DNA from: Candidatus Pacearchaeota archaeon CG10_big_fil_rev_8_21_14_0_10_32_14 | GTDB lineage: Archaea > Nanobdellota > Nanobdellia > Pacearchaeales > GW2011-AR1 | Reading direction: 5' to 3' | DNA length: 32,000 nt | Assembly (NCBI GenBank): GCA_002763085.1 | Contig: PFCY01000067.1 | Coordinates: 1-32,000 of the forward strand | Shown here: in pieces, positions 30,673 to 32,000 of the stretch | Layout of the letters: every line of letters begins with the position of its first letter | Numbering within the stretch: the stretch's first letter is position 1 | Program-made: the position numbers and the translations under genes | Notes under the pieces: model-generated | Databases searched by the model: none | What the model was told of the DNA's origin: nothing | Seen by the model: the letters and a program-made list of their open reading frames with translations, nothing else

Positions 30673-32000
30673 TATTCTTTTTTTCTTTCTTCACTTTATT
30701 TTTAGTATCTATCTTTTTACTTTCAACTTTCTTTTCACTCTTAGTTTTATGTTCCTTATTTTCAACTTTTTGATTTTTCAGTGGTCTAAGTAACGGGAAC
30801 ATAACACATTCTCTTATCGGTTTATCAACAATGAACGCAAAAACTCTCTCACTCATTCCAAAACCGCACGTCGGAGGCATACCATATTTCAGTGCTTCAA
30901 CAAATTCTTCATCGTTCATCTGCGCTTCTTCATCGCCCTTCTCTCTCATCTCCGCTTGTTTTTTGAATCTTTCTTCTTGATCAAGTGCATCATTCAGTTC
31001 AGAATATCCATTCCCTAATTCACTTCCAGCAATCAAAACAAAAAATCGTTCAACAACACGAGCATCTTTTGAACTTTTTTTAGCAAGTGGGGAAATTTCA
31101 ACGGGCTGATTTATAACAAACACAGGCCCAGCGATATTCTTCCTGCAATATTTCCATAAGGAATCAATCAGTCTAGGTTTATCTATCGGATCGTAATCAA
31201 CTCTGAGTTCTTTTAATTTCTTTTCTATTTCTATTTCCGATGCATTCCATATATCAACACCAGTCCTTTTTTTAATTTCTGAAGCATAATCAATTCTTTC
31301 CCATTTTTTATCGACATCAACTTCATGTCCTCTTGTTTTGAATTTTGAAGTACCTAAAACTTTTTTCACAACATATTTGTAAAGCTCTTCCACAACTTCC
31401 ATTCCTTTTTCATAATTTGCGTAAGCCATATAAAATTCCATTTGAGTATAATCTTGCAGATGCTCTGGAGAAGAACCTTCATTTCTGAATTGTCGTCCTA
31501 TCTCAAAAGTTTTCTCAAAACCTGCAACCATAAGTCTTTTTTGCCAAAGTTCTCCCATAGAAATTCTCAAGAAAACATCTATGTCCAAATTATTATGATG
31601 AGTAATAAAAGGCCTCGCGTCAGCTCCGCCTGTTGTATTTTCTAAAACTGGAGTCTCAACTTCTATAAAATCTTTTGAAAGCAAAAATTCTCTTACCGAT
31701 TTCCAAAAAATAAATTTCTTATAAAACAAATCTTTGATTTCTGGATTCAAAACAAAATCTAAATATCTTTTTCTATATCTATCTTCTTCATCTGTTAAGC
31801 CATGCCATTTTTCAGGTAAAGGCAAAATACTTTTTGAGAGAATTTCTATTTTATTTACAAGTATTGAAAATTCACCCGTTCGAGTTTTGAATGTTTTTCC
31901 CTCCACTCCAACAAAGTCTCCAGAATCAACATAACTCTTGAAAAATTCAAATGTCTTATCCGGAGTTTCCTTATCTTGAAAAACGATCTGGATATCTCCA
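30647..32000 (-). CDS. lysS: Lysyl-tRNA synthetase, class II (5' end outside the window), with a ~45-aa Lys-rich C-terminal extension
   Basis: Class II motifs are present: FIEVETPVL (motif 1), FRNEGSSPEHLQDYTQMEFY (motif 2, FRNEG) and PPTCGFGMSERVFAF (motif 3). The track 'start' at 31906 is a GTG inside a frame that stays open to nt 32000 (...GDFVGVEGKTFKTRTGE is the OB-fold anticodon-binding domain). Confidence 0.9.
   Translation of the reverse strand, partial: GDIQIVFQDKETPDKTFEFFKSYVDSGDFVGVEGKTFKTRTGEFSILVNKIEILSKSILPLPEKWHGLTDEEDRYRKRYLDFVLNPEIKDLFYKKFIFWKSVREFLLSKDFIEVETPVLENTTGGADARPFITHHNNLDIDVFLRISMGELWQKRLMVAGFEKTFEIGRQFRNEGSSPEHLQDYTQMEFYMAYANYEKGMEVVEELYKYVVKKVLGTSKFKTRGHEVDVDKKWERIDYASEIKKRTGVDIWNASEIEIEKKLKELRVDYDPIDKPRLIDSLWKYCRKNIAGPVFVINQPVEISPLAKKSSKDARVVERFFVLIAGSELGNGYSELNDALDQEERFKKQAEMREKGDEEAQMNDEEFVEALKYGMPPTCGFGMSERVFAFIVDKPIRECVMFPLLRPLKNQKVENKEHKTKSEKKVESKKIDTKNKVKKEKKNNDKKTKKK

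Overview
Low-GC, densely coding archaeal DNA. The evidence is a PCNA sliding clamp, an archaeo-eukaryotic primase, an archaeosortase-family protein, an S-layer-like protein, class-III (pilin-like) signal peptides, TATA-like boxes about 22-26 nt upstream of starts, and oligo-T tracts after genes. The compactness and gene content fit a small-genome DPANN-type (Pace-/Woesearchaeota-like) archaeon, but that placement is inference.

Ordinary genes:
- PCNA (20041..20778) and a fused-type primase (20914..22251), divergently transcribed.
- Partial class II LysRS (30647..32000).
- Hjc-like nuclease, HAD hydrolase, histone-fold protein, and a vapBC pair.
- A block of secreted or membrane-anchored proteins (22444..28043).
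- An S-layer-like gene (2498..4993).
- An archaeosortase-like gene (513..1049).

The centrepiece is a ~13.5-kb array transcribed entirely on the minus strand (19135 down to 5673). Most junctions are overlapping (ATGA-type) or a few tens of bp at most. The gene order is: an unlisted 50-aa RHH regulator, pilin-like P1 (260 aa), a 1339-aa Cys-rich giant protein G1, pilin-like P2 (264 aa), a 57-aa TM protein, a 579-aa Cys-rich protein G2a, an MNT/HEPN toxin-antitoxin pair, a 772-aa protein G2b, three 37-bp tandem repeats, then four more pilin-like genes.

- G1 is the fused equivalent of G2a + G2b, so the 'pilin + giant protein' module is duplicated, with one copy fused and one split.
- The HEPN/MNT cassette is bracketed by a 34-bp direct repeat (33/34) that duplicates the first 10 codons of G2b.
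- The whole second module is bracketed by a perfect 39-bp direct repeat.
- Both giant proteins carry a charge-poor Gly/Ala-rich glycine-zipper-like hydrophobic block between disulfide-type Cys-rich domains, followed by four Ig-like repeats.

I propose this as an uncharacterised cell-surface (adhesion or host-contact) system. No pilus ATPase, platform protein or prepilin peptidase lies in the window.

Other structures: a 133-bp MITE-like element with 12-bp terminal inverted repeats and a 9-bp target-site duplication (22258..22408), and a pair of inverted paralogous intergenic elements (about 240..480 and 29386..29600). I saw no rRNA, tRNA or CRISPR array by eye; this cannot be exhaustive without tools.
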